A stretch of 20,000 bases of DNA, taken from an uncultured virus (IMG/VR IMGVR_UViG_3300017912_003267) (Duplodnaviria > Heunggongvirae > Uroviricota > Caudoviricetes). The stretch is from the IMG/VR virus record IMGVR_UViG_3300017912_003267; one strand, 5' to 3'. Under the pieces are notes generated by a model, which was not told the origin of the DNA, ran no database searches, and saw nothing but the letters and a program-made list of their open reading frames with translations. This document shows, piece after piece, positions 9,979 to 17,188 of the stretch (position 1 is its first letter; each line of letters begins with the position of its first letter). Position numbers and translations under genes: made by a program.

Positions 9979-10214
9979 GCATATATTACTCTTTTCTTAT
10001 CACTATTTTTGGTGTTGTACTAGTGTTAATGTTGACTGATCCTAACATTGGTTATTGGATTGACTTACAGGCACAAAATGCTATAATACAACTGAAGCGA
10101 CGATACTATATCATCACATTAGGTGTAGTTGTCAAGTTTCAGACTTGGAGATTAAAACGAGAGATTGAAAAGATTAGAAGAGAGTACAATCTACCCGAGG
10201 ATAACAATGGATGA
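9975..10214 (+). CDS. Small hypothetical protein with an N-terminal hydrophobic helix
   Basis: ATGA overlap with the MTase stop. Hydrophobic stretch YYSFLITIFGVVLVLML. Confidence 0.6.
   Translation: MSIYYSFLITIFGVVLVLMLTDPNIGYWIDLQAQNAIIQLKRRYYIITLGVVVKFQTWRLKREIEKIRREYNLPEDNNG
10060..10087 (+). promoter_or_regulatory. Host-like sigma70 promoter (internal to an ORF)
   Basis: TTGACT-N16-TATAAT with an extended TG (TGcTATAAT). Confidence 0.55.
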
Positions 10215-10461
10215 ATATTCAAGACAACGTAAGGAAAGATTACAAGAAGCAATAGATGATTATCTCCTAGATGATGCTGTTCCTAGCAGACGAATCTATG
10301 AGGAGATGCTGTCTTGTATTGATGATACACTCTCATACTACGAGAAACAAGCAGATAGAATCAAGGATCTAAAAGATCTGATGATGGGTCACCGCTTGGT
10401 TGACGATATGGAGGATCTAGCTGTAAAATGGCAGTATGATAAACTACCAGACCGATACTAA
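10207..10461 (+). CDS. Hypothetical protein (MDEYSRQRKERLQEAIDDY...)
   Basis: ATG at 10207, preceded by GAGGA, is a better start than the TTG at 10165. Confidence 0.7.
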   Translation: MDEYSRQRKERLQEAIDDYLLDDAVPSRRIYEEMLSCIDDTLSYYEKQADRIKDLKDLMMGHRLVDDMEDLAVKWQYDKLPDRY

Positions 10462-10625
10462 TGATACTTGAATTATCATCCAATCAAGTCAAGTTTCTTA
10501 TGGACTTAATGATGGGTTGTCCTCTTGGATTTACCAAAGATCATGCCATTGATAATAACATCTGTGATAGCTGTCTTTATAACTATTTGGAGCAACGTTA
10601 TCGGGAGGAACTAGATGAGAGTTGA
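10461..10625 (+). CDS. Small hypothetical protein (54 aa, MILELSSNQVKFLMD...)
   Basis: Translated by hand. TAATG coupling to the upstream stop; fills the gap before the oxygenase gene. Confidence 0.6.
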   Translation: MILELSSNQVKFLMDLMMGCPLGFTKDHAIDNNICDSCLYNYLEQRYREELDES

Positions 10626-11121
10626 ACGTAATGTGCTTGACATGGGACTATTCAATAAAGTGGTAGATCATGCTAAGCGGAACTTTGCTCAAAACAAACA
10701 CACATATGAGGATAATCGTGATCTTTGGCAGGCAAACTTAGTACAAAACTTGTCGGGACCATGTTGGGTAACTGAAGTAGAAGAAACTTGGAGTGTTGTC
10801 CTTGAACAAAAACTCAGTAAGTATTTTCCTTCTTATAGCAAATTGAATATGATGTGGTATGTGTGGCAGAAGGGTTCTGGTATCAACTGGCACACCGATT
10901 TTCCTCACAAATTCACAGCTTCTTTATATCTTACCAGTAGTGTTCGTGAAGATGGGGGAACATTGATATGGCAAGATCATGATGATTATAGTATTCATGG
11001 ATTCATGGCAAAGCAAAATTGTATGTCCATCAATGTGAAGAATGAGCATCACATGGTCACACCAGTGGGGCAATCTAAAGAGAAAGACCGATATACCATC
11101 CAGATCTTTGGACAGTTCTAG
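10615..11121 (+). CDS. 2OG-Fe(II) oxygenase
   Basis: HxD (WHTD), ASLYL, GGTL, distal H (HMVTPV) and R (RYTIQ). SD GGAGG upstream. Confidence 0.85.
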   Translation: MRVERNVLDMGLFNKVVDHAKRNFAQNKHTYEDNRDLWQANLVQNLSGPCWVTEVEETWSVVLEQKLSKYFPSYSKLNMMWYVWQKGSGINWHTDFPHKFTASLYLTSSVREDGGTLIWQDHDDYSIHGFMAKQNCMSINVKNEHHMVTPVGQSKEKDRYTIQIFGQF

Positions 11122-11165
11122 CAGTGTCCACTCTAGTGGCACAGGCACCCAGAACCATGTATATT
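11110..11165 (+). promoter_or_regulatory. Dispersed element, copy 2
   Basis: GGACA-gttctagcag-TGTCCAC, a second GTGGCACA at 11136-11143, -10 TATATT at 11160-11165. The upstream stop (11119-11121) lies in the spacer. Confidence 0.7.
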
Positions 11166-11188
11166 AAAAGGGTCAAAGGAACACACCC

Positions 11189-11431
11189 ATGAGACTGCTC
11201 ACTTCCGCCACACAAGTTGACTTCTATCCTGTTGCTGGTGGCAAGCGTTTCGTCAAGCGTGTCATCTGGCACCCCACTGAAGAGATCTCTCAGCAGATGA
11301 CATCTTTCACCACTCGTGTCAAGTCTGACGCTCTCTACGACATCCGTAACTACCTTGCCAACGGTGCTGAGGTTGTTGACTTCAACACTGAAGCATACAC
11401 TGGTAAAGATTACTCTCCTGTCTACTGCTGA
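11189..11431 (+). CDS. Hypothetical protein (80 aa)
   Basis: First ORF after element copy 2, with AAGGA upstream. Confidence 0.75.
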   Translation: MRLLTSATQVDFYPVAGGKRFVKRVIWHPTEEISQQMTSFTTRVKSDALYDIRNYLANGAEVVDFNTEAYTGKDYSPVYC

Positions 11432-11436
11432 TTATT

Positions 11437-11604
11437 ATGATCACTTCCAAGGCATACATGATTAACATCATGAAAAAATGTGAGTATGCAGATACTCTCA
11501 CCCGAGAAGAAAAGTTTCAAGTCTTCTGTAGAGTATGTGACAACATGCTCAAAGAAGGTAGAATGACCAAAACAACACACAAACGATTCACGGAGATCTG
11601 GTAA
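11437..11604 (+). CDS. Small hypothetical protein (55 aa, MITSKAYMINIMKKC...)
   Basis: Translated by hand; tightly packed between neighbours. Confidence 0.6.
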   Translation: MITSKAYMINIMKKCEYADTLTREEKFQVFCRVCDNMLKEGRMTKTTHKRFTEIW

Positions 11605-11771
11605 TGACTAATCCATTTTCTTTGACTTTCGACGATTTGATTGAACAAATGGCAAATGATCCCATGTTTATCCAAGCATGTGAGGAGAACAATCGTATGT
11701 GGGATGAAGAAGCAGCAGCAGAGTTGGAGGTGACAGTTGATGAACTTCATCATATGATGAAGAATAAGTAG
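11604..11771 (+). CDS. Small acidic hypothetical protein (55 aa, MTNPFSLTFDDLIEQ...)
   Basis: Translated by hand; TAATG coupling. Confidence 0.6.
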   Translation: MTNPFSLTFDDLIEQMANDPMFIQACEENNRMWDEEAAAELEVTVDELHHMMKNK

Positions 11772-11784
11772 TACCGTTACACAA

Positions 11785-11937
11785 ATGACTATTATGGACG
11801 ATCGTACTGCTGCTATGTTTGAAGAGCTTAAAGATCTTCTCAAAACTCTTCAACATCGTATTGATGAACAGGATTCTTACATCAAAGAACTTCAGCAAGA
11901 GATGGCAGATATGGAGAACAAAGAATATGATTGCTGA
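11785..11937 (+). CDS. Small coiled-coil-like hypothetical protein (50 aa, MTIMDDRTAAMFEELK...)
   Basis: Translated by hand; heptad-like L/I spacing. Confidence 0.55.
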   Translation: MTIMDDRTAAMFEELKDLLKTLQHRIDEQDSYIKELQQEMADMENKEYDC

Positions 11938-12193
11938 CATTATTGTTGATCTAGAAGATCATATTCGTAATGGAAATGTCTACCTAGTTGAAGTAGAAAT
12001 GTCATGGGTTGATGACAAAGCAGAGCCAGATAATGGATGTATCAACTATCATCTATATCTAATTGCTACGTCTAGTGCTCAAGCTTCTTACTTAGCTTCT
12101 TGCCTGTATCCTAATGCTGACGGAATCTATGTCCACGACGAACCAATCACGGAATTCGAGTATGCTTCCCGTAGGAACAGAAGTATATTATAA
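11927..12193 (+). CDS. Hypothetical protein (MIADIIVDLEDH...)
   Basis: ATG at 11927 avoids a long overlap with the previous ORF; it is the C-terminal part of track ORF 11819..12193. Confidence 0.6.
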   Translation: MIADIIVDLEDHIRNGNVYLVEVEMSWVDDKAEPDNGCINYHLYLIATSSAQASYLASCLYPNADGIYVHDEPITEFEYASRRNRSIL

Positions 12194-12353
12194 GGGTCAC
12201 TTCGGTATAGTAAAATTTGCATGTGAAGACTCTATGTCAATTTGTGTCAGGATATTCCCTGACGAACCATCCAGAAATGTCTGTTTGGTAGTATATAAAT
12301 GGGACTTCGATGAAGTCGAACTAACAACTGGTAATCAAGCACAACGAGACTAA
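12162..12353 (+). CDS. Small hypothetical beta-rich protein (MLPVGTEVYYKGHFGIV...)
   Basis: ATG at 12162 within track ORF 12114..12353; SH3-like pattern (inference). Confidence 0.6.
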   Translation: MLPVGTEVYYKGHFGIVKFACEDSMSICVRIFPDEPSRNVCLVVYKWDFDEVELTTGNQAQRD

Positions 12354-12481
12354 TGAATGATTTTGAAGGCGACATCTTTGGCGATTATGAGCTCCGAGAG
12401 AGTATTATTCGAGAAATGAGTGAACAAGAATTGTGGGAGACGCCTGAGACCCTGCCAGAAGACCTTCTAGCAGACTTTTAA
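12353..12481 (+). CDS. Small acidic hypothetical protein (42 aa, MNDFEGDIFGDYELRE...)
   Basis: Translated by hand; TAATG coupling; ends 3 nt before element copy 3. Confidence 0.55.
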   Translation: MNDFEGDIFGDYELRESIIREMSEQELWETPETLPEDLLADF

Positions 12482-12484
12482 GGC

Positions 12485-12541
12485 ACCCAGCGTACAAAGT
12501 GTCACAAGACCCCTTCAGGACGCCCTGGAGGGGTTTATACT
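12485..12541 (+). promoter_or_regulatory. Dispersed element, copy 3
   Basis: ACCCA-gcgtacaaag-TGTCACA, hairpin ACCCCTTCAGG/CCTGGAGGGGT (12509-12534), -10 TATACT at 12536-12541, ATG at 12548. Confidence 0.8.
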
Positions 12542-12547
12542 GTATAC

Positions 12548-13285
12548 ATGATTGAGTTACCCAATGATTTTCCCCATCAACCCCCAGAAGGATATTTCTA
12601 CGAGACGGTATCATTTAAACGTTCTGTTCATGCAATTTGGCTTGTATCTAATCGTGGGTGGATTTACAATGGTGGCGATCAATGTCGCACTATCTGGGGA
12701 TTCTACAATACAAAGAAGCGTACCTACCATGCTCCAATCAACTCCAAGCGAGTCGGAGACACGGTAGATCCAGAGAAGACGAGAGCATGGACCGCCATGC
12801 CACTCCTCAAACTGGCACTAGACTCCGCCGATCCGCCCTCGGCACCCTCTATACTTAGTTTCATACCAACGGACGACGACTCCATGACTGCTCAATCCTT
12901 CGCTGACTTCGCTGCCACTCAGCAGGCACGGAATGACATCCAACTCAATGTCCGCAAGTACACTCTCATGCTGTGTGATGCCCTGGAGCAGAACTTCAAG
13001 GATCGTAACCACGGTAAAATCGGTCAGCATGAGGCACCTGAGTACAAGTTTGTGATCGAGTCTGGTCGTAAGTATCACAAGATCATCATGGAGGTTCCTA
13101 ACCACAATCGTCCTCCCTCCCGTAGTGTTCACGCTTTCGTGGATAAGAAGACTGGTGAAGTCTACAAACCAGCATCGTTCAAAGCACCTGCTAAGCACGT
13201 CCGCTTCAACCTGCTCGTTATCACCGAACGTGAATGGTTGCTCCAACATGCCGATTGGGCAGGTGGTTATCTCTATAAGCGTTGA
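12548..13285 (+). CDS. Hypothetical protein, apparently an in-frame fusion of two small phage genes (second start at 12884)
   Basis: 245-aa ORF with element copy 4 (12798-12855) inside it, encoding a low-complexity linker, followed by an in-frame ATG at 12884. Confidence 0.65.
   Translation: MIELPNDFPHQPPEGYFYETVSFKRSVHAIWLVSNRGWIYNGGDQCRTIWGFYNTKKRTYHAPINSKRVGDTVDPEKTRAWTAMPLLKLALDSADPPSAPSILSFIPTDDDSMTAQSFADFAATQQARNDIQLNVRKYTLMLCDALEQNFKDRNHGKIGQHEAPEYKFVIESGRKYHKIIMEVPNHNRPPSRSVHAFVDKKTGEVYKPASFKAPAKHVRFNLLVITEREWLLQHADWAGGYLYKR
12798..12855 (+). promoter_or_regulatory. Dispersed element, copy 4 (intragenic)
   Basis: TGCCA-ctcctcaaac-TGGCACT, hairpin GCCGA/TCGGC (12827-12843), -10 TATACT at 12850-12855. 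Confidence 0.8.
12884..13285 (+). CDS. Hypothetical protein (MTAQSFADF...GRKYHKI...SVHAFVDKKTGEVYKPAS..APAK.VRF), probably independently expressed
   Basis: In-frame ATG 28 nt after the -10 of copy 4; the sequence reads as a self-contained phage domain. Confidence 0.65.
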   Translation: MTAQSFADFAATQQARNDIQLNVRKYTLMLCDALEQNFKDRNHGKIGQHEAPEYKFVIESGRKYHKIIMEVPNHNRPPSRSVHAFVDKKTGEVYKPASFKAPAKHVRFNLLVITEREWLLQHADWAGGYLYKR

Positions 13286-13287
13286 GG

Positions 13288-13316
13288 TTGACAGCAGAGA
13301 CTTTCTCTGCTAAATT
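13288..13316 (+). promoter_or_regulatory. Host-like sigma70 promoter with a palindromic spacer
   Basis: TTGACA-N17-TAAATT with an extended TG. The spacer is the inverted repeat AGCAGAGA-ctt-TCTCTGCT. Confidence 0.75.
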
Positions 13317-13345
13317 ATTATAGCACCTCTACTTTTCTCAAACAA

Positions 13346-13567
13346 ATGGACACCGATCTGATGTATGTTGTGGTCAATGGTGAAGCCATTATGATTGAAA
13401 ATGGCATCCCTGTGACTTACCTCATTGATGACAATGATGGTACTATTGATTGGACTTCTCAGGATACTATTGACTGGGAAGATCTTCTCCCTGGTAGTTA
13501 CCAGATGTACAAATCTGCTGTAGACTTCCTTGAGACCTATTCTTCTAGCTACATTTACACCAAATGA
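13346..13567 (+). CDS. Small acidic hypothetical protein (73 aa)
   Basis: ORF directly downstream of the sigma70 promoter. Confidence 0.7.
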   Translation: MDTDLMYVVVNGEAIMIENGIPVTYLIDDNDGTIDWTSQDTIDWEDLLPGSYQMYKSAVDFLETYSSSYIYTK

Positions 13568-13791
13568 CTCAATTTTCATACATTTCAGATCTCTTTGCTC
13601 CCATCAATTATGATGAGAGTCCTGTTCGTATTCGTCCACGGGAAGACCTGGAAGAGGATATGGTTAACAAATTTTGGAGATATCACGGACGCTTCCCAAA
13701 TGACTTCGCCCGTGCTATTATAGAGATCCTGCCAGAGGACAAGACCTTTGTCAGCTATGATCACCTTGCCAATTCGCTTGTAACCAAATGA
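13564..13791 (+). CDS. Hypothetical protein (75 aa)
   Basis: ATGA coupling at both ends. Confidence 0.7.
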   Translation: MTQFSYISDLFAPINYDESPVRIRPREDLEEDMVNKFWRYHGRFPNDFARAIIEILPEDKTFVSYDHLANSLVTK

Positions 13792-14015
13792 ACCCGCTCC
13801 AACAAGAACAAGAATCAATTTGCTATCAAGTTGATAAGATCATGACCAATCGTCATCGTCGTTTCATGTTTCTGATGAAGAAAGATCGTATTGATGATGC
13901 TATTGCTATTGGTGAAGAGTTTCAAGAGTGGATGTATCTTGGTGATGACAGTCATGATGATGAAGAACTATTGTACTTCCGTCTTGATGATTTGATGGAT
14001 ATGACTAATGGATGA
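13788..14015 (+). CDS. Hypothetical protein (75 aa)
   Basis: ATGA coupling. Confidence 0.7.
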   Translation: MNPLQQEQESICYQVDKIMTNRHRRFMFLMKKDRIDDAIAIGEEFQEWMYLGDDSHDDEELLYFRLDDLMDMTNG

Positions 14016-14640
14016 ATTTATTAGTCATAAACCACTCGTTGGTAAACAAAGTGGTTTTCAATGGTATGTACAAGATACCAGATTACCTGATGGTTTATGT
14101 GATTCAATCACTGAATACTTTGAGGATAATGTAGAACCAAAACCAGGATTAAATATGGGTGATACTGACCCTGATTATCGTAAGGTTGATGCTCGTTGGG
14201 CACAACCTCACGATTGGGTTGGTCCCTTTATTTGGAGTTATATTGAACGTATCAATCATGAAAACTTTCAATATGATCTTTCTCATTTAGCATTTAATGA
14301 AGTACATCATTTGACCTATGGTGTTGGTCATCAGTATCGTTGGCATTCTGATGATACTATTGCTATGACAACACGTCGTGGTCCAATTAGTTGGGAATGT
14401 ATTGATTTAGTTCATCTAGAATATACAAGAAAACTTAGTTTTACTCTTCAACTTTCCCATCCTGATGAGTATACTGGTGGTGATTTACAAATTATAGATG
14501 TGCCACATATGTTTTGGTGTCCTAAAGATAAGGGATCATTGATGGTATTTGATTCACGTCTTACTCATCGTGTATTACCTGTTAAATCTGGACAGCGGAA
14601 ATGTTTAGTAGGATGGGTATTAGGACCTCGTTGGAAGTAA
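14008..14640 (+). CDS. 2OG-Fe(II) oxygenase (prolyl-4-hydroxylase/PKHD-like)
   Basis: YRWHSD, RKLSFTLQLS..EYTGGDL, FDSRLTHRVLPVKSGQRKCLVGW. Confidence 0.9.
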   Translation: MDEFISHKPLVGKQSGFQWYVQDTRLPDGLCDSITEYFEDNVEPKPGLNMGDTDPDYRKVDARWAQPHDWVGPFIWSYIERINHENFQYDLSHLAFNEVHHLTYGVGHQYRWHSDDTIAMTTRRGPISWECIDLVHLEYTRKLSFTLQLSHPDEYTGGDLQIIDVPHMFWCPKDKGSLMVFDSRLTHRVLPVKSGQRKCLVGWVLGPRWK

Positions 14641-14643
14641 ACT

Positions 14644-15321
14644 ATGAAAAACATGTTCATTGCTGCTCTCACAGCATTATCACTAGGTACAGCACATGTA
14701 GCACTAGCGAATGAGGATAAAATCACCAAAGGATTCTATTCAATGGATGCTATGGGTTGTATGCTACTCCGTGAATGTACGGATGGTGTTGAGGAAGTAC
14801 ACTCTCTCCTGGATATCTCATCACAATATGATGACCCAGAGCGTTACACACCAGTAGCACAAGAGTTTAATACCATGTTGATGACTCTTAATCAAATTGG
14901 TATTAAAGTATTCCTTGCTGATGAGAAGTATTTCCCATCACTTCATCGTGGTGTTTATCATACAGTATCCAATAATTTCTATCTCAATAGGACGTACATG
15001 GATGAACCACATGTATTGATGATGGTAATGAGACATGAAGGATGGCATGCAGCACAAGATTGTATGGCAGGTAGTATTGACAATAGCTTGGTTGCTATTA
15101 TAATGCCAGAAGAAGAAGTTCCTATCCTATGGCGTACACTAGCAGAACGTACTTATCCTGAACATGCTGTACCATGGGAAGCAGAAGCAGGTTGGGCAGG
15201 TAGAACTGAAAACATGACCATGAAAGCATTACAATCCTGTGCTGCTGGTACGATGTGGACAGATTATGAACCGACTCCGTTAACATATAAATGGTTACGA
15301 GAGAATAATTACGTAGACTAA
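14644..15321 (+). CDS. Exported HEXXH zinc-metallopeptidase-like protein
   Basis: Signal-peptide-like N-terminus (MKNMFIAALTALSLGTAHVALA), HEGWH motif, downstream WEAEA as a candidate third ligand. Confidence 0.65.
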   Translation: MKNMFIAALTALSLGTAHVALANEDKITKGFYSMDAMGCMLLRECTDGVEEVHSLLDISSQYDDPERYTPVAQEFNTMLMTLNQIGIKVFLADEKYFPSLHRGVYHTVSNNFYLNRTYMDEPHVLMMVMRHEGWHAAQDCMAGSIDNSLVAIIMPEEEVPILWRTLAERTYPEHAVPWEAEAGWAGRTENMTMKALQSCAAGTMWTDYEPTPLTYKWLRENNYVD

Positions 15322-15734
15322 TGGGTATGTTTGATACAATTCATTGTTCCTATGATCTAGGACCAGGCTTTCACAATAAAACATTACAGACCAAGGATAT
15401 ATCATCCACAATGTCTGAATTCTGGTTATCACCTAACGGTGAATTGTATCTGATTGACTACAGTGGTACACAAGACTTTGTATTGGGTGATCAACCACCA
15501 TTCCACAAACCTAACGGTTGTCGTGGTAGAGTTGTCGCCACCGAATTTCATGGTAGAATAGAAGTGTACCCAGAAGTATGGACAGCACATTATGCCCCCT
15601 TCCCTAGACTAATGCTTACTTTTATTCATGGTAAAATCCAAGACACAATCCAATCTATCAAAAAATTTAAAAAATCTTACTACTACCAACCAATCGACTA
15701 CCAAACGCTCTCGGAAGAAGGTTTCCAAGAATAA
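15321..15734 (+). CDS. Hypothetical phage protein (MGMFDTI...LQTKD...)
   Basis: TAATG coupling; 137 aa. Confidence 0.7.
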   Translation: MGMFDTIHCSYDLGPGFHNKTLQTKDISSTMSEFWLSPNGELYLIDYSGTQDFVLGDQPPFHKPNGCRGRVVATEFHGRIEVYPEVWTAHYAPFPRLMLTFIHGKIQDTIQSIKKFKKSYYYQPIDYQTLSEEGFQE

Positions 15735-15915
15735 TACTATTAAAGTACAAAACTCTCGTAAAAAAGAGAACTTCCCATGGATTGAAACTTTCCCCATCTT
15801 TCTTCTTAATAGATCAGAAGATAAACGTTGTTGGTTTACTTGTATCGATCATGCCCAAAAGTATATCGATAGATATAATCCACAATACTCATGCTATCAA
15901 TATACAGGTAAATAA
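15628..15915 (+). CDS. Basic hypothetical protein (95 aa)
   Basis: K/T/N-rich N-terminus overlaps the previous gene by 107 nt, so the start is uncertain. The C-terminal half looks globular (FPIFL...CWF). Confidence 0.55.
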   Translation: MVKSKTQSNLSKNLKNLTTTNQSTTKRSRKKVSKNNTIKVQNSRKKENFPWIETFPIFLLNRSEDKRCWFTCIDHAQKYIDRYNPQYSCYQYTGK

Positions 15916-15918
15916 CAC

Positions 15919-16068
15919 ATGACTCAACGACAATGGCAAGAAGTAGAAGCAATCGTTCGTAAAGAACAATCAAAAGCATTACAACAATTTAATACACATC
16001 GTTATGATGAACTTAAATTAATCCTTGATGAACTATACAATCTAGCACACCAATGTACGAAGAACTAA
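15919..16068 (+). CDS. Small hypothetical protein (49 aa, MTQRQWQEVEAIVRKEQ...)
   Basis: Translated by hand; fills the gap. Confidence 0.55.
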   Translation: MTQRQWQEVEAIVRKEQSKALQQFNTHRYDELKLILDELYNLAHQCTKN

Positions 16069-16247
16069 ACTGTTTTGAAGAAGCACTAAAGCATTTTGGT
16101 ACAAGAGTAGAAATCATTACTGCTATGGAAATGGCACGTAAGATCTCTGCTGAAGATGCTTACCAAATGATTAAAAATGAACTTAAAGACGTAAAGCTAT
16201 GTCGTAAACAATTTAATAAACATGAACCCCTCAGTAATAACAATTGA
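16053..16247 (+). CDS. Small hypothetical protein (MYEELNCFEEALKHFGTRVE...)
   Basis: 64-aa helical ORF in the tight operon. Confidence 0.7.
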   Translation: MYEELNCFEEALKHFGTRVEIITAMEMARKISAEDAYQMIKNELKDVKLCRKQFNKHEPLSNNN

Positions 16248-16827
16248 AACTGATTGTTCCCCTCTAGTCTTACAAGAGATCACTAACGATCTACAACAAT
16301 ATGAACAAAAACCAGCACTTACAGCACCTACTAAACAATACCCCGATGGTAAACTAGACACATCAACACGTAATTGTACATCAGCATCTCTACCTACATC
16401 TAAATGGTATGCTGGTATGTTGTGGCATCATATCTCACGTGTTAATCAACAACTATTCCATTACGATATCACTTGCTTCGATCAAGATACGATCACGTAC
16501 ATATCATATACTGATCAACAACACTATAACTGGCACATCGATGTAAATCCCCCTACTAATAACATATACCGTAGACCACAAGAAAATACACCAGTACAAC
16601 ATACTAACAACTATCAACGTAAACTATCATTCTCCTTCATCCTCTCTAACAACTATACAGGAGGAGAACTAGAAGTAAAAGATATAGCAGATAATACTAC
16701 ATCACATTCACCTAAGCAAGGTCAACTACTCATCTTTGATTCAAGACTAAAACATAGAGTAACACCTATTCAATCAGGTAGACGTGATGTTCTAGTAGGT
16801 TGGGCAATAGGTCCACAATGGAGATAG
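16222..16827 (+). CDS. 2OG-Fe(II) oxygenase (paralogue of 14008..14640)
   Basis: YNWHID, RKLSFSFILS.NYTGGEL, FDSRLKHRVTPIQSGRRDVLVGW. Confidence 0.88.
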   Translation: MNPSVITIETDCSPLVLQEITNDLQQYEQKPALTAPTKQYPDGKLDTSTRNCTSASLPTSKWYAGMLWHHISRVNQQLFHYDITCFDQDTITYISYTDQQHYNWHIDVNPPTNNIYRRPQENTPVQHTNNYQRKLSFSFILSNNYTGGELEVKDIADNTTSHSPKQGQLLIFDSRLKHRVTPIQSGRRDVLVGWAIGPQWR

Positions 16828-16970
16828 TAACTCCACAGCTACTCACAAGTATCCACATAGGCACTCTCCAGTGTACATCAGCACTCTTTAACGTAATTAT
16901 ACTCCCTTGTGGAAAAACCTGTGGAAAAGTTAAGATGTTAATTAATGTTTAAAAAAATATAGGTAACGTT
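16809..16970. other. DnaA-box-like cluster plus AT-rich tract (candidate replication origin)
   Basis: TGTGGAAAA (reverse complement TTTTCCACA) at 16908-16916 and 16920-16928. GTATCCACA at 16849-16857. TCCACA also at 16812 and 16832. AT-rich 16930-16970. Confidence 0.45.
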
Positions 16971-17030
16971 CTGTAATGTACGGAGGTGTTGTTGTCTTAG
17001 CACACCACCCAACGACTGTCAAGCACTCGT

Positions 17031-17088
17031 AGACACCCCTTGTAGTGGCACACAGACCCCTCTCAGGGCATCCTAGGCACTGTATAAT
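17031..17088 (+). promoter_or_regulatory. Dispersed element, copy 5
   Basis: AGACA-ccccttgtag-TGGCACA, -10 TATAAT at 17083-17088. No real ORF follows for about 130 nt. Confidence 0.75.
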
Positions 17089-17096
17089 TACTATGT

Positions 17097-17188
17097 TCTG
17101 AAAAATCGAAAAAAGTCAAAAAACTCAAAAAACCAAAAAGTTTAATTTTTAAAAAAGTGAGATTTTTGAGTTTTTTCGTTTTTTCAGA
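17097..17188. repeat. Long A-tract/T-tract inverted repeat
   Basis: TCTGAAAAATCGAAAAAA (17097-17114) pairs with TTTTTTCGTTTTTTCAGA (17171-17188) at 17/18 positions. AAAAAACTCAAAAA (17118-17131) pairs with TTTTTGAGTTTTTT (17163-17176). Confidence 0.85.

Noticed and set aside
11819..11926. N-terminal extension of track ORF 11819..12193
   Set aside because: It overlaps a better ORF (11785..11937); ATG 11927 is the more plausible start.
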